The translations under genes and the position numbers were made by a program. Of a DNA stretch of 64,000 bases, positions 44,749 through 58,318 are shown in pieces. Source of the stretch: the human T2T-CHM13v2.0 reference genome, Homo sapiens. Location: NCBI RefSeq assembly GCF_009914755.1, contig NC_060947.1, one strand, 5' to 3'. Positions within the stretch are counted from its first letter, which is position 1, and each line of letters begins with the position of its first letter. Below the pieces are notes generated by a model. The model worked only from the letters and a program-made list of their open reading frames with translations. It was not told where the DNA came from and did not search any database.

Positions 44749-45256
44749 TGTACAAAATAGAATACTATTCAGCCTTTAAAAAGGGGGAAATCCTGTCATT
44801 TGCAACAGCGTAGATGAGCCTGGAGGACATTATGCTAAGTGAAATAAGCCAGGCACAGAAAGACAAATACCGCATGACCTCACTCATATGTGGAATCTAA
44901 TCAAGTTGAACTCATAGAAGTAGAGAGTAGATTGATGGTTACCGGAGGTTGGGAGGGCGGGGAGGGAGGGAATGTGGAATTGTTGATCAAAGGGTACAAA
45001 GTTCCAGATAGCCAGGAGGAATCGGGTTTGAGATCTATTGCACAACAGGGTGACTATAGTCAATAATAATGTATTGTATATTTCAAAATAAAGAATCCAT
45101 TTCAAGTGTCTCACTACAGAAAATGATAGGTAAGCAAGGTGATGGATATACTAGCTTGATTTAATCATCCCATGCTGTATATATATATCCAAATATCACA
45201 CTGTACCCCATAAATGTATGCAATTATTTGTCAATCAAAAATAATGTTAATCATAA

Positions 45257-45326
45257 TTTTTTTTTTTTAAATGGAGTCTCACTCTGTCGCCTAGGCTGGA
45301 GTGCAGTGGCGCGATCTCGGCTCACT
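45257..45326 (-). mobile_element. 5'-truncated Alu fragment in the L1 tail
   Basis: poly(T) followed by GGAGTCTCACTCTGTCGCC...CTCGGCTCACT. Confidence 0.88.
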
Positions 45327-45906
45327 ATAAATTTTTTTAAAAGATGACCCCTGACAATTTTTTTACCTCTCCTCCATTGAGAGGTAGGAGGTCTATGCCT
45401 CCTTCCCTTGAGTCTGGGTGTATGGCTACTTGATCAATAGAATATAATGAAGGTCTGTGTCAGTTTCTGGGCCTAGGCCTTAAGGAACAGGTCATCTTCT
45501 TCTTCCTGTCTCTTGGGACTCCTGCCCTTAGAACCCAGATTCCAGGCTGTGAGGAAACCTGAACAGCCTGTAGAGAGGCCCACGTGGAGAGGAACTGAGG
45601 TCCCTGGCCCTCAGCCTGGCTGAGCTCCCAGTTGGCAGCCAACTGCAACTTGCTAGCCATTTGAGTGAGTCACCTTGAAAGTGGATCATCCACTCCAAGC
45701 TGAGCAGTTCCAGCTGATGCCACACGGAGCAGAGATGAGCCTTCCTCACCAAGCTCCACTCAAATTTCAGATTCAGTGGAAAAATAAACATTGTTGTTTT
45801 AAGCCACTAAGTTTTGGAGTATTTTATTATAAATCAGTAGGTTACTGGGACACTCTGTCACTTGTAACTAAACTCTTTCAGATAGGTGCAGAGCCATTCT
45901 GTAGAC

Positions 45907-46126
45907 CAGAAGTCTGCACATTTTGTGTGTAAAGGGCCAGAGAGTATTTTCACTTTTGCAGGCCATATGGTATCTGATACAACTATTTCACTCTCCCATT
46001 GTAGCATGAAAGCAGGCATAGACAATAAATAAAGGAATGGGTGTGGCCATGTTCCAATGAAACGTTATTTATAAAAGCAGGTGGTGGGCAGAATTTGACC
46101 CTTGGGCCATGGTTTGCTGACCCCTT
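45907..46126. mobile_element. MER58A (hAT MITE)
   Basis: TGTAAAGGGCCAGA...AAAGCAGGCATAGACAAT...TTTGCTGACCCC; 8-bp TSD CTGTAGAC/CTGTAGAT. Confidence 0.9.
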
Positions 46127-47904
46127 CTGTAGATCGAGACTACACATTCTGCCTCCTCCCATGCCCAATTCCTTCTGTTAGTCCTTGTCCTTGTCTTGCT
46201 GTCATCCCAGAAGAGACCACTGGACATATTGTCATTATCCATCACAATGTTTTCACCAGCCAGCAGGAAAGTTAAAAAACTCAACCCTCTACTGTGCATT
46301 GAACCTGGGGCCTGACCAAAAAGCCTTCCACGAGCCTGTGATTTCTCCCAGGGAGCCCAGACATCAAAACCATAAAGACTCTTCCCCAGGCAAATCGTTA
46401 CCCCCACTTGACACTCTATTTAATGGAAAGCCTTTCCCAGAAATAAGTATATTAAAATAAGCTTTGCATTTTTTACATTAACTGAAATTTGATGCAAATT
46501 GATAATAAATTACTTTCCCCTGCTTATTCATTTGGGAATCACATAAACTAGTTTACAGTTATGTATTATTACATTTCACATTAATATAGCCATAGGAAGC
46601 TAGGCTTTGGAGAAATTTGCTTCCCAGAAAACTATCAGAAATAGAGGAGGTAAAAGTGGGATTTGGTGGGATATCTGACTCTCCTAATGTGCTAGCCACT
46701 GAGAGTTGTAGAAAGTAAGGCATCAGTGCAACCCTTGAGGCCCAACTAATTTATCAAATGATCACTGTCTTATTTATCTGGCATAATTTTTGCAACTTCA
46801 GGATCTTACAGCATTCCTTTCTTTCTTTCTTCTATCCTTTCTTCCTTCCTTCCTTCTTTGCATCTTTTCTTCCTTTCTTCCACTAACTTCTATCTCAGTA
46901 TCTTTGGAACCATTAGCACTACCTCTGGATGCAAAAGGTTTACAATTTAGTGGAGGTAAAGGTTAGACAAAGGTGCAAATTGACTAAAGGTATTCAAGGT
47001 AGAAGTTCTAAGTACACCTTCGCATCTAAAATAAAAGTTCAGTGGAGACTTCTGTTTAAAGATGGTGGATTGAACACACATTTATCCCTGCATCCTCTTG
47101 AAATATCACTAAACAACAAAAAGTGAATGTTTAAAAAGACAAAGCCACAAAGGCAAAGGAAATGGGCAAAGCGGCAAAGCAAGAAAAATTTAAAATATGG
47201 AAAGCAGGTGAAAGAGTAGTAACTAATTGGCAGACTTGAGAAAATGAACACTAAGCAAGCACTGAGGTTGGGGAGAGAGCCTAGAACCTCGTATGCAGCA
47301 TAGAACTGCTCAAATGCCCAGAAATGAGTGACACCAGATGCCTCTAGAAGTAGAGGTAAATGGGGGGCTGAAGATAAAAGAATTGGTTAAAAGTCTGTTT
47401 AGAAGACCACACTCCAGGTTTCCTGCTCAATTTTACACAGATCTGCTACTGTCCTTCTCATGGGATGCATGGTCCCTAGACAGCATAAAAATGGAGATCT
47501 CTGGGCAGGAGGTTACCAGGCAGAGTTAAAGTGTGAGTACCATCTGAAAAAAGAGGTAAGTGAAGTTAACATGCCAAATATCAGGAATACCTATGCTCTT
47601 CTTCACTCACTCCCAGAATGATGTCAGGCAGACTTATACCCACCCCTTAGGAAGGAAACTGGAGTATCCTATTCTGAGGATTCTGGTTAGCCCAAACATA
47701 AAGGTCTGAAAATACTGATACTCACTCTTAAATATCAACTGATAGCCAAGGGTCAGCAAACACCTGTAGGAAGCCTCTAACTTGAAAAAGAGATGCCAAA
47801 GCCAATCAGCAAAAGGACATAACTTGGTAGAGACAAACACTATGCAGAGAAAAGACACCTGAAAAAAGAAAACTATTGTTAATATTATCAAAGAAATAAG
47901 ATGG

Positions 47905-48140
47905 TGATAATAGTTGAAATTTACTGAGTATTTTTACTATGTGCAGATACTATTCTAAGCCCTTTACATGAATTAATTCATTTAATCTTCTCAATGACCC
48001 TATAAGGTAAGTAGGATTATTATCTTCATTTTTCAGATGAGAAAACTGAGGCCTAAAGAGATTAAAGAAGTTACCTAAATTTATGCAATGTGTAGGCTGG
48101 ATCTAAACGCAAGCAATCTGGCTTCAGAGTCTGCGCTCTA
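47905..48140 (-). mobile_element. MIR
   Basis: TTTCAGATGAGAAAACTGAGGCCTAAAGAGATTAA...GGCTTCAGAGTCTGCGCTC. Confidence 0.88.
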
Positions 48141-49189
48141 CCAAATAATTTTGCATCCCTGAAGCAAGAATAAGATGATATTTTAAAATAACTTTTGGAA
48201 AACCCCAAAACAAAACAAAAGCAGAAAAGCTCCTGAGAATTGAAAGCGAAGAAGTTAAAAAGGCATTAGGACTGTTGGAAGATAAGCATGAAGAAAGTTT
48301 CCAGAAAGTAGAGCAAAAAAGACAAAGAAATGGAAATTAGGAGTGAATTGATAAGAAAATTAAAGGCTCAGTCCAGGGGGCCCAACATCTGAATCATAGC
48401 CTTTCCAGAAGAAGAGAGAAATGAAGGAGATGCTATCTTCAAAGAAAAGAATTCAAGAAAATTTCTTAGAACTGAAAAATATGAATTTATAAAGTAAGTA
48501 TCAAGCCTGATGGAAACGGCTCTACATACAGGCACACCATTGTGAAAGTTTAGAACCCAGGACAAAGAGAAGGTCCCAAAGGCTTCCAAAGAGGAAAAAA
48601 AAAAACATGTGGGTTGCATTAAAAAGGTGAAGAATCAGAATTGAATCAGAGTTCTCAACAGCAACTGGAAGCTAAAAGATGATGGAGAAATGCCTTCAAA
48701 ATGGTAAGAGTAAATCATTTCCAATTCTACATCCTACACCCAGAGAAAATATATTAAAATATTAATATGAGGAAGTACAATTTATAACCTGAAGACATTT
48801 GCAACCATGAAGTGCCTTAAAATTTACATTCTATGCAGCCTTTCTCAGAAGGCTAATGCAGGATTTCCTTCACAAAAACAGGGTAGTAAACCAAAAAAAG
48901 AAAGACATTGGATCTAGGAAACAGGAAATCTAATATGGAAGAGAATTATTACATCCCATTAAGAAAGGGGATCCCAGGAAGATGGTAAGGGAAAGACTGG
49001 GGAGGACAGTTATATAATAGGAGTAGGGAGGGAAAGAGTCCAAGTTAGAGTAGGCCAGAAGATTCCAGAAGTAATATCTTTAAGATGATGGAATTAACAG
49101 AAAGTTGTATGTGCTTGATTATATTAAGAGGAGATTTAGACAGCAAGGAAAGATCTGGAGGTTAACAATAGCGTACATAGAAAAATGCC

Positions 49190-50185
49190 TCAGTGATCTA
49201 TTTCTGTGTAACAATCCACTCAAAACTTTAATGACTGAAAACAACCACCATTTTATTTGGTCACAATTTTGAGGATCAACAACTTGGGCTGGGCTCATCT
49301 GAGTGGTTCTGCTGGTCTTGCCTACTTATGCCTCTGCAGTCATTTGGTGGTTCGCTTGAGGCTGGATGGTCCAAGACAGCCTCTCTCACATTCTGGTGGT
49401 TGCCAGGCTATTGGCTGGGAAGTCTCAGTTTTCCTCCACATGGCCTTGCCAGCAGGATAGCTCAGACTCAATCACATCATGGTCTCAGGCTTCAAACTGC
49501 ACCACATTTGCCAATGTCTGTGGCAGGCTGAAAAATGCCCCCCAAAGTATGTCCACATAATCCCCAGAACCTGTGAACATGACCTTATATGGCAAAAGAG
49601 ATTGTTGCAGATGCAATTAAGATAAGGATCTTAACATGGAGAGGTTATCCTGGATTGTGGTGGCAGGGGAACAGAGGAGGGGGACTGATGTAATCACAGT
49701 GGTGCTTATAAAAAGGAGACAGGAGGAGGTGGAGTAAGAGGAGAAGGTGATGTAATGATGGAAGCAGAGATTGGAGTGGTGCACCTTCAGGATGGAGGAA
49801 GGGGCCACAAGTCAAGGAATGCAGGCAGCCACTAGAATCTGAAAAAGACAAGGAAATAGATTCTCCCCTCAGAGCCTCCGAAAGTAACTTCTAAAAGCCC
49901 ATCTTTTGGCTTTAGCCCAGTAAAATTGATTTCAGACCTCCAACCTCCAGAACTGTAAGAGAATAAAACTGTATTATTTTAAGCCATTAAATCTGTGGTA
50001 ATTTGTTATAGTGGCAACAGGAAACTAACACAATGCCCCATCACCAAAGCAATTCACATGGCTGAGCTCAGATTCAAGAAGCAGAGAAACCAGCCTAGAG
50101 GTGGGGGAGCGGCAAAGTCACATTGCAAAGAGGTGTGCATTCAGGGAGGAATTATTACAACCATCTTTGCAAATCATCTACCCCA
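49190..50185 (-). mobile_element. Old MLT1 LTR with MLT1D inserted
   Basis: TGTGTAACAATCCACTCAAAAC...; resumes with CCAAAGCAATTCACATGGC...GCAAAGTCACATTGCAAAG. Confidence 0.75.
49519..50032 (+). mobile_element. MLT1D LTR
   Basis: TGTGGCAGGCTGAA...AGGAAACTAACACA; TSD ATGTC/ATGCC. Confidence 0.9.
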
Positions 50186-51409
50186 GGGAGAAAGTGAGAA
50201 AATAGAACTGTGTACTGCATGGCTCAGCTGTGAATATTGTTTGCATAGTCATAATAATGTGAATGCTGAATATTGATCTAACCTAAATTAGAATACAAGT
50301 ATTTTGAGAGAAAGTGAGACACGGAACAATGAGTACAGGGGAGGGTGGTGAAAGAGAACTAAATACTTATATTTCATCAGAGGAAGTCAATAGGTATTAA
50401 AAGATAAGGCCCATAACCGAAAAATCCTGAAGTAGCAGTATAAGCATGTTATTTAAAGAGGTAAATACCTGAAGAGATAGCCAAAGGAAAAGGAAAGGGG
50501 ATGGATTTGCCAGAGACTTCTGTGTGCTCATAAAAAGCCTCGTAGAACGATTTCACTGTTTAAATTACATGCATGTGTCGATGACCAGGTACATAGAAAC
50601 TAGTATTTTGAAAGGAAGGTGCACTACCTTTCTTTTGGTCGTTGTAAAGATATCATTTTATTTAGAACTGCTTCACTTATATAACAATACAATCTCTCAC
50701 TTATAACCCAAAGCCAATGCTAAAAGCTACATTTTTTTCCTCACTGATGAACAAATAAAAATAAATTTAAAAGGCAACATTTTGCACAAATACATGTAGA
50801 TAAAACTAAAGGGCCTCCAATAGAAATGAAGACTCCAAGCTCCATAGCCTGGAGGCTGATAAAAGGCCACCATAACGTTAGCAAGCGTTTGCCTGATAGT
50901 TATAAAGGTAATTTATACCCAGAACATTTCCACGCATGTGAGAGAATGACCCTCCATTTTACTACATGTTGTATTAATGTCAATCAATATATGTTTGAGG
51001 GCTTTATACATTATGGATAATAATGTTGGTGCTTTGCAAACCATTCCTCTTGGGGGAGCTACACAAAATTCTGCAGGAGAGAAGAGAGCAAAGCAACCAA
51101 GCCCTGGATGGCCAAGCTCTCTTTGGGTTCAGCAGATGTTAATCAGCTCAGCTATGCAAATGAGACTAGAAGCAGGCCAACTCCCAGACTGAAAACAGAA
51201 AATGCCCTGAGAGTAGGTGAGGCCATTTGAAATGAGAAAGTGGTATCTGGATGTGTTCAGGAAGGAGGTTGGCTGGACAGGGGACTTACTCCTGGCCCAC
51301 GATGCTGTGCCAAGGAAAGACAGCCATGTGGGGGACTTTAGCCAAGTCACTTAGTTACTTGAACTTCTCGGTGGTTGCTTTGTAAAACTGGGCACATCAA
51401 TCACCTATA

Positions 51410-51755
51410 CAGATGCTCCTCAAGTTACAGTGGGGTTACATCCTGATAAACCCATCGTTAAAAATATTGTAAGTTGAAAATGTATTTAATCTACCTAACC
51501 CACCAAACATCATAGCTTAGCATAGCCTACCTTAAATATGCTCAGAGCACTTACATTACCCTATGGTTGGGCAAAATCATCTAACACAATAAAGGGTTGA
51601 ATATCTCATGTAATTTATTGACTACTGTACTAAAAGACAGAAACAGAATGGTTGTATGGGTACTTGATGTACAGTTTCTACTGAATGTGTATCACTTTTA
51701 CACTGTTGTAATGTCAGAAAACTAAGTGAAACCATTGAAAGTTGGAGACCATTTG
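51410..51755. mobile_element. MER47-like Tigger MITE inserted into a MIR
   Basis: CAGATGCTCCTCAAGTTAC...AAGTTGGAGACCATTTG with TA TSDs; MIR sequence on both sides. Confidence 0.85.
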
Positions 51756-51780
51756 TACTTGGAGTTGTCATGAGGATTAG

Positions 51781-52130
<350 letters not shown>

Positions 52131-52161
52131 CGTATATTTATTTTTGAAATGTTCAATTTCT

Positions 52162-52586
52162 GCTGGTGGTAAATTAAATTATTGGGCTTGATTCTTCCCC
52201 TTTCTCTGCTAACACAACTTCCGTCATGCAACTTGGCAGTCCATTCTCCTTCCCCAACTTGACTTTGAGCTTGGCCAAATGACTTCCTTTGGTCAATGGA
52301 ATGTAGCTAGAAACCTGTATATCAGTTCTGAGCTTAGATCTGAAGAGGCCTCACTTGTTTCTGCTTGCCTTCCTGTGCCTCTGCCATTGGCCAGCTCTCC
52401 TGCTGGTCTAAGAGGGATGAGAAACATATGGAGCAAATCTGGAACCAACTTGCAGCTTAGAGTCAAGCCCAGCTGAGCCAGTCAAGATTAACAGAGCCAT
52501 CCCACGTGTGAGAGAAATAAATGCCTATGATTGTGCTACTGAGATTTTGTGGGTGCTTTTTACACAGCAATAACTGACCGATACAC
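52162..52586 (+). mobile_element. MLT1 (I/J-like) LTR
   Basis: GACTTCCTTTGGTCAATGGAATG...GAAATAAATGCC...ACACAGCAATAACTGACCGATACA. Confidence 0.75.
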
Positions 52587-53109
52587 ATGGCCAAGCCAAG
52601 AGACTGAAAGGACAAGAGCAGGAGCTGGAAGGGAAGGAATCCAGGCAGCCCACCTATAGGCGGTGGCCATCTGGAAAGCACCTAGAGTGATATGATTTTA
52701 GAAGGAAGAAATTCCATGTGCTGAGAAGCTCAGGATATCTTACTAGAATTCTTAGGATAGGGAATTCTTACTCCATAAACAGAGAGTTTTATGCGTTTTT
52801 AAATATTTATGCTGTAGGATTTCTTTTTCTCTTTAACTTTTGTGGTGGCCTGCCCATTTTTCAAAGGGGAAAGAAAAAGACCTGTGCACACACGATAGGG
52901 CTAAAGAGAAAAAGGAACAGTAAATTCCTGGGGTCCAGGCACAGACAGGGAAATAAGTATAAAAACATTGCTGAGGAAAAGGCCGAAATTCGGGGTGATA
53001 AAATCAGGGAACACAGGTGGCTTTTCTTGTCTGGAGTTGCTTCTCCTCTAAGATCTGCTTCTCTCATCCACTGGAGCATCAGCACTGTGTTAGGTTGAAG
53101 CATGTAATT

Positions 53110-53413
53110 CTTTTTTGTTTGTTTGTTTTTTAGACAATGTCTTATTCTGTCACTCAGGCTGGAGTGCAGTGGCACAAGGCACAATTATGGCTCACAGCAG
53201 CCTCAACCTCCCAGGCTCAAGTGATCCTCCCACCTCAGTCTCCCAAGAAGCTGGTACTACAGGTGTGCACCACCACACTCAGCTAATTTTTGTTTATTTT
53301 TGATTGTTTATTTGTTTTATAGAGATGGTCTCCAACTCCTGGACTCAAGCAATCCTCCCACCTTGGCCTCCCAAAATTGTTGGGATTATAGGTGTGAGCC
53401 ACCACACCTGGCC
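53110..53413 (-). mobile_element. AluJ
   Basis: Antisense Alu with a small internal deletion. Confidence 0.9.
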
Positions 53414-53571
53414 TCAAGCATATATTTCTTGTATGCAACCAAAATTTACTTGGGTTTGAATTGAAGGCATAATTCAAAGTTGTTTCACTAGACCCTGAAC
53501 TTCTTGAGTGTAAGAATGTCTTACTTCTCTGTGCACCTCCTGTGTCTAGCACACTGCCTGGCCCATGTTAC

Positions 53572-53802
53572 ATGGATGGATGGATGGATGGATGGATGGA
53601 TGGATGGATGGATGGTCAGATGATGGATGCATAGATGGATGGTTTGGATAATGGATGGATGAATGAATGCATGCATGGGTGTATGATCAGATGATGGATG
53701 GATGGATGGATGGATAGATGGATGGATGGATAAATGGATGATTGGATGTTTAGAGAGTGGATGGATGCATACATGCATGCATGGGTGGATGGATGGATGG
53801 AT
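53572..53802. repeat. (TGGA)n degenerate tetranucleotide repeat grown from an L2 3' end
   Basis: ~11 perfect TGGA units then degenerate copies; preceded by L2-like CTAGCACACTGCCTGGC. Confidence 0.92.
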
Positions 53803-55101
53803 ATGTGAATACTCACTTCTTGTAATTTGTGGAAGTGTAAATATATACAGAATAGAGGCATTTTTGCTTAGAGATATTGAGCAAGGATTTCATCTAAGTT
53901 CTTAAATCACTTTGTATATTCTAAGTGCTCAAATATCTTTAGCATTATTGCTATCATTTAATAATATTTTGGAGCCTCCTTCACTAGCTGGTAGCTAACA
54001 GAACTCATTAAAACAAGTTCTCTGGTATCTAAGACCTTACTGTGTAATGAAATGTTAATGCAGTCTTTAAATTGCAACAGTATTTATATCTTTGATTAAA
54101 TGTAATTTCTCAGTCTCATTAATTTATATTTTTTGTAGTCTAACTGCTAAGGTGTCAACTGGGGCAGGCATGTTACAACTGATGGCCAGGTGAACCAGAT
54201 GGTTTCAGAAAATAGCTTCCCTGCCCCATGATGACAGAGTACACTGGGGCCCCAGCCAGCCCACTCTCAGATTGAAGCCACTGGTCACGAAGAGGATATG
54301 GTAGCTGGAAAACTCATGCACTGAGCACATCCAGATGAAGAGAACAGCCCATGGCATCGCAGGTCAGGGGCAGAGTATGTTTTCCCAAACACCAGTTGCC
54401 TCTGAATACCTTTCTGGTATGTTTTGTGTCTCTCTGATGCCCACGACTTCCCTCACTGCCACCTGGATTCTGCCTCCAACCTCTGAACACTCTCACATGC
54501 CTGAGAATACTCCTACCCACTACCTGCTCTCCCCTTCCCTTCCCTCCATTCCCACCTCAATCCTAACCTCAGCACCTGCCCCACCCCGGAGAGTATCCTC
54601 ACTGGCCCAGACCCTCCCACTGGCAGCATCAAGAGATGCAAGGGGAATTTTCAGGAGCTGCTGATGGCTGCATTGCTAATGTGGCTGAGAAGAGTACCTG
54701 CAAATGTCGAGCCACTTATTTCTGTTCATTGATTTCAATTTGCTGTGCAGTCATCTCCTGGGCTCCCATTGGCCCAAGCACTCAGAGCCCTCTTCAAGGC
54801 ACTGCTGAGAGGAGCTCTGGAGTTCCTGGGGCAGGCCAGTCCTTCATCGCAGGGCACAGCCCAGAGCTCCACGGAAGCAACTTCAGTATGTGGGCCAGCG
54901 CCGAGCAAATGGGAAAACATTTTGAAGCCGCAGGCTTCTCCTGAATTAAATATTTACTCATTTCATGCCTCTCCCTCTGTCCATGGAGAATCCAGCTCAA
55001 ACTAAATAACAAAGGAGGTCAGGCTTGTGATCTGCACAAAAATACTTACCCTGCAATTATAGCAATATTGGGCCTTACAATTAATGCCAGGCCTGTGGAA
55101 C

Positions 55102-55270
55102 TTGGAGAGGGTCCAAAGAAAAGCAACAGAAATGATGAAGGGGCAGAGAGATAAAGCTAGTAGGAAAAGCTAGAGAGGTAGGACTTGTTTTAAATGGAAA
55201 AGACCTTGGGGGTGGCTTAATTACAGTCTCCAATACATTTTGGGGCTGGAACATGGCAACATGGGATCTC
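55102..55270 (+). mobile_element. CR1/L3 LINE fragment (ORF2 C-terminus)
   Basis: Translates LERVQRKATEMMKG, matching the CR1 motif LERVQRRATKMIKG. Confidence 0.75.
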
Positions 55271-55497
55271 TATTTCCACTAGGGACACGCTTAACCTCTA
55301 CCACCAGGTTGGCCACCTCTTGTGTCCAAACATTTAGATCTCACTTCCCTGTTAATAAAAACACATTGAGCACTCACCCGCTAATTGTGCTCATTCATTT
55401 AATTTTAACTTATAGAAATATATCATTGTACTAACATTATCTTCATTATGAAACATGCGCAAAAATAGAAAATACTCAAGGGTGAAACAAACATAAC

Positions 55498-55811
<314 letters not shown>

Positions 55812-55989
55812 CACAAACATAACTTTTAATAGACATTCGAAACTGTTCTTCCCACATCTCAGTGGGAGTCCACCTCGGAGTCCACTGTCTAGACTGAAGA
55901 TACTCCCAGCCGCAAGACCTTCATGACGGCAGGGACCTTGTCATGCCTTTCTTGTCCAGCCCCATATCCCCAGAACCCAGAATGGCGAT

Positions 55990-56462
55990 TGATCGGGATC
56001 CCCAGAAGCAGATCCTGAGATGGAAATTCACGTGCGAGTATTTGATTAAGGGCATGCTCCCAGTGGGAGGTGGGTAAAGGGAGCCAGGAAGCAAGACAGG
56101 GAAGGGGAGGGTGCCAAATACGAGGCGATTTCCTGCCAGGTCCCCGCAGAGGGAAGCTTGTGCCTGATACTGCCGGGAGCTCTGGAGTGCGAGTTACACC
56201 TCAGCAAGGGAGCTGGGCTTTCAGACTCTCCTACTGGTAGTCACTAGTGAACATGGCCTCGGGCCTGGAGCAGGCAAAGCGATGGACACCCCAGGATTTC
56301 TCAGGCTCTCTGGGGAGGCAAAGTGGTGCCAGTAGCCTGAGGGCAATCCTCTGAAAAGAAGCCCCCAGTGCTGGCTGGAGAAAGCACACTGCAGGGGGTT
56401 AGGGGGCTTGCAAAACATGGGGACTGTGTATACAAGGCGATGGGGGACAGCGACACTGTGCA
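55990..56462 (-). mobile_element. ERVL LTR (LTR16/LTR33 group)
   Basis: CCCCAGAAGCAGATCCTGAGATGGAAATTCACGTGCGAG. Confidence 0.65.
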
Positions 56463-57779
56463 CTATGGTAACTAATTCATCGCATGTGCTCCATTAATGT
56501 TTACTGACTGGCGGACTGAACTGTGCAATGCATGCTCCCAAGTAGGTCCCCGTGCTCTCTGTGCAGGGCTGTGGAAGCTTTTTCCATGAGAGTGGCTGGG
56601 GTGAGATGGCCAGTTTCCCTGCCCAGGCCTGGATTGCAGAGGAAGCACCGTGAAGAGCGTGGGGAGCAGTCCTCAGGAGATTGAGGCCTTTGTAAAACAC
56701 AGACAAAGACAAAGCGTTGCCCCAGAGGTGGTGATCTGGCAAGCTGGAACAGAGCCTGCACTTTCAAAAACCATTTCGCTAGGCTTGACTGAGCAGCAGG
56801 GACCTGCCGCCCCTGGAAATTTGGGCCAAGGACCGAATGCCCCATTTCCCAGCTCATGCTGTGGCCGTGTGACCTTGAGTAGAGTTTGGCTTCTCTCAGC
56901 GTGGACATTTCTGCATCTATTAAAATGAGGCAGGCCAGGCTTGCTTCCTGCCTGGTGCACATGTAAATATTCTGCTTCTGGAAAACTCAGGAGCCTTTGG
57001 AAAAAGAGAAATGACAAATACTCAAATACCTGCAGCCACGGGTTTATCCTTTGTAGCTTGGATGGGCGGGCAGCCACCCAACAGCAGAGTGACTTGTTAG
57101 ATGTGCTCTGAGGGGCCAGAGTTTGTCCTAGGGCCATTTTCACAGAAACTAACACCCATGGTTCCCTGCTATGATGTTATCACCCTCTGTGCTCTGCACT
57201 CCATCTCAGATATATCACCATTAACATCTCACCATTCTTGCAGCATTCTTTAATGCAGAACTTTATTTCATCATCTGAAATGTTGTGGAGTTAAAAGTGT
57301 GTGGATGTGGATTCTAAGGCCACTGGATTTCTGAGCCACCAGACAATGATCAAATTTATATTTTTCTGTACCATCCACCTTTTAGATGGTGTTTATGTTT
57401 CATGTTAAATATAATTCTCTTTGGCTTCCCCAGCTGCCTGGGGCCTAGTTTTGCTCTGTCCTAGAGCAGCTCACCCAGGAGCTGTCTCTCCATGTGGCCT
57501 CTGGGGTCGATTTATTTTTCTCCCAATGCCTTAATGAGTGATGATTTCTAGAGACAATCAGATCGGCTGTGCGGGAGATTCAGCTCCATCATTATGACAG
57601 CCGGATACATCACAGGCACCATTTTTCAAACCCATGTTTTTCATCACACAGATATGACTTGATTAAACCTTTGTGATATTACATTGGGATATTTGAAAAT
57701 AGCCTTTAGTGACCAGCATGTGGGTCTTGTTTCTGATAAATCTATTACTGCTACGTGAGTTACTTTTACATATAGGATT

Positions 57780-57990
57780 TGAGCGCAGAGACTTTGAAGC
57801 CAGAATGCCTGGGTCCAAATCCCAACTCTGCCACTTACTGCTGGGTAACTTTGGTCAAGTTACTCAATCTCCCTGTGCCTCAGTTCCCTGATCGATAAAC
57901 CAGAAATAATATTAGTAATAACATACCTACCTTATAAGGCAGTCACCAGGGTTAATATGTGTGAAGTGCTTGGCACATAGGAAGAGCTAT
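57780..57990 (+). mobile_element. MIR
   Basis: GCCTGGGTCCAAATCCCAACTCTGCCACTTACT...CCTGTGCCTCAGTT...TGGCACATAG. Confidence 0.9.
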
Positions 57991-58281
57991 ATATATATAT
58001 AGTTGGCTATATATAGTTGGCTATATATATAGTTGGCTATATATATAGTTGGCTATATATATATATTTGGCCATATATATAGTTGGCTATATATATATAT
58101 AGTTGGCTATATATATAGTTTGCTATATAGATAGATAGATATATAGTTTGCTATATAGATAGTTTGCTATATATATAGTTTGCTATATAGATAGATATAG
58201 TTTGCTACATAGATAGATATATATATAGTTTGCTATATAGATATATATATAGTTTGCTATATAGATATATATATAGTTTGC

Positions 58282-58318
<37 letters not shown>

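Larger units (their letters stand above)
44300..45334 (+). mobile_element. 5'-truncated L1MA-like 3' end
   Basis: GAATGGATAAAGAAAATGTG...GGAGGACATTATGCTAAGTGAAATAAGCCAGGCACAGAAAGACAAATAC; TSD TTTTAAAASATGACCC at 44284-44299 and 45335-45350. Confidence 0.88.
44274..45853 (+). mobile_element. MLT1F-like LTR split by L1
   Basis: TGTATGGCAGTTTTAAAACATG resumes at 45335; GAGAGGCCCACGTGGAGAGGAACTGAGG; TTTTAAGCCACTAAGTTTTGG. Confidence 0.78.
47045..50590 (+). mobile_element. HAL1-like (ORF1-only L1 derivative), fragmented by MIR and MLT1 insertions
   Basis: GACTTCTGTTTAAAGATGG start; ORF1-like remnants at ~48250-48900 (TTTCCAGAAG...CAAGAAAATTTCTTAGAACTG); 3' end AAGCCTCGTAGAAC...ATTACATGCATGTG; no ORF2 seen. 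Confidence 0.65.

Noticed and set aside
57538-57737. Possible C/D-box snoRNA (GTGATGA)
   Set aside because: The nearest CTGA is ~195 nt away, with no terminal stem and no host intron evident
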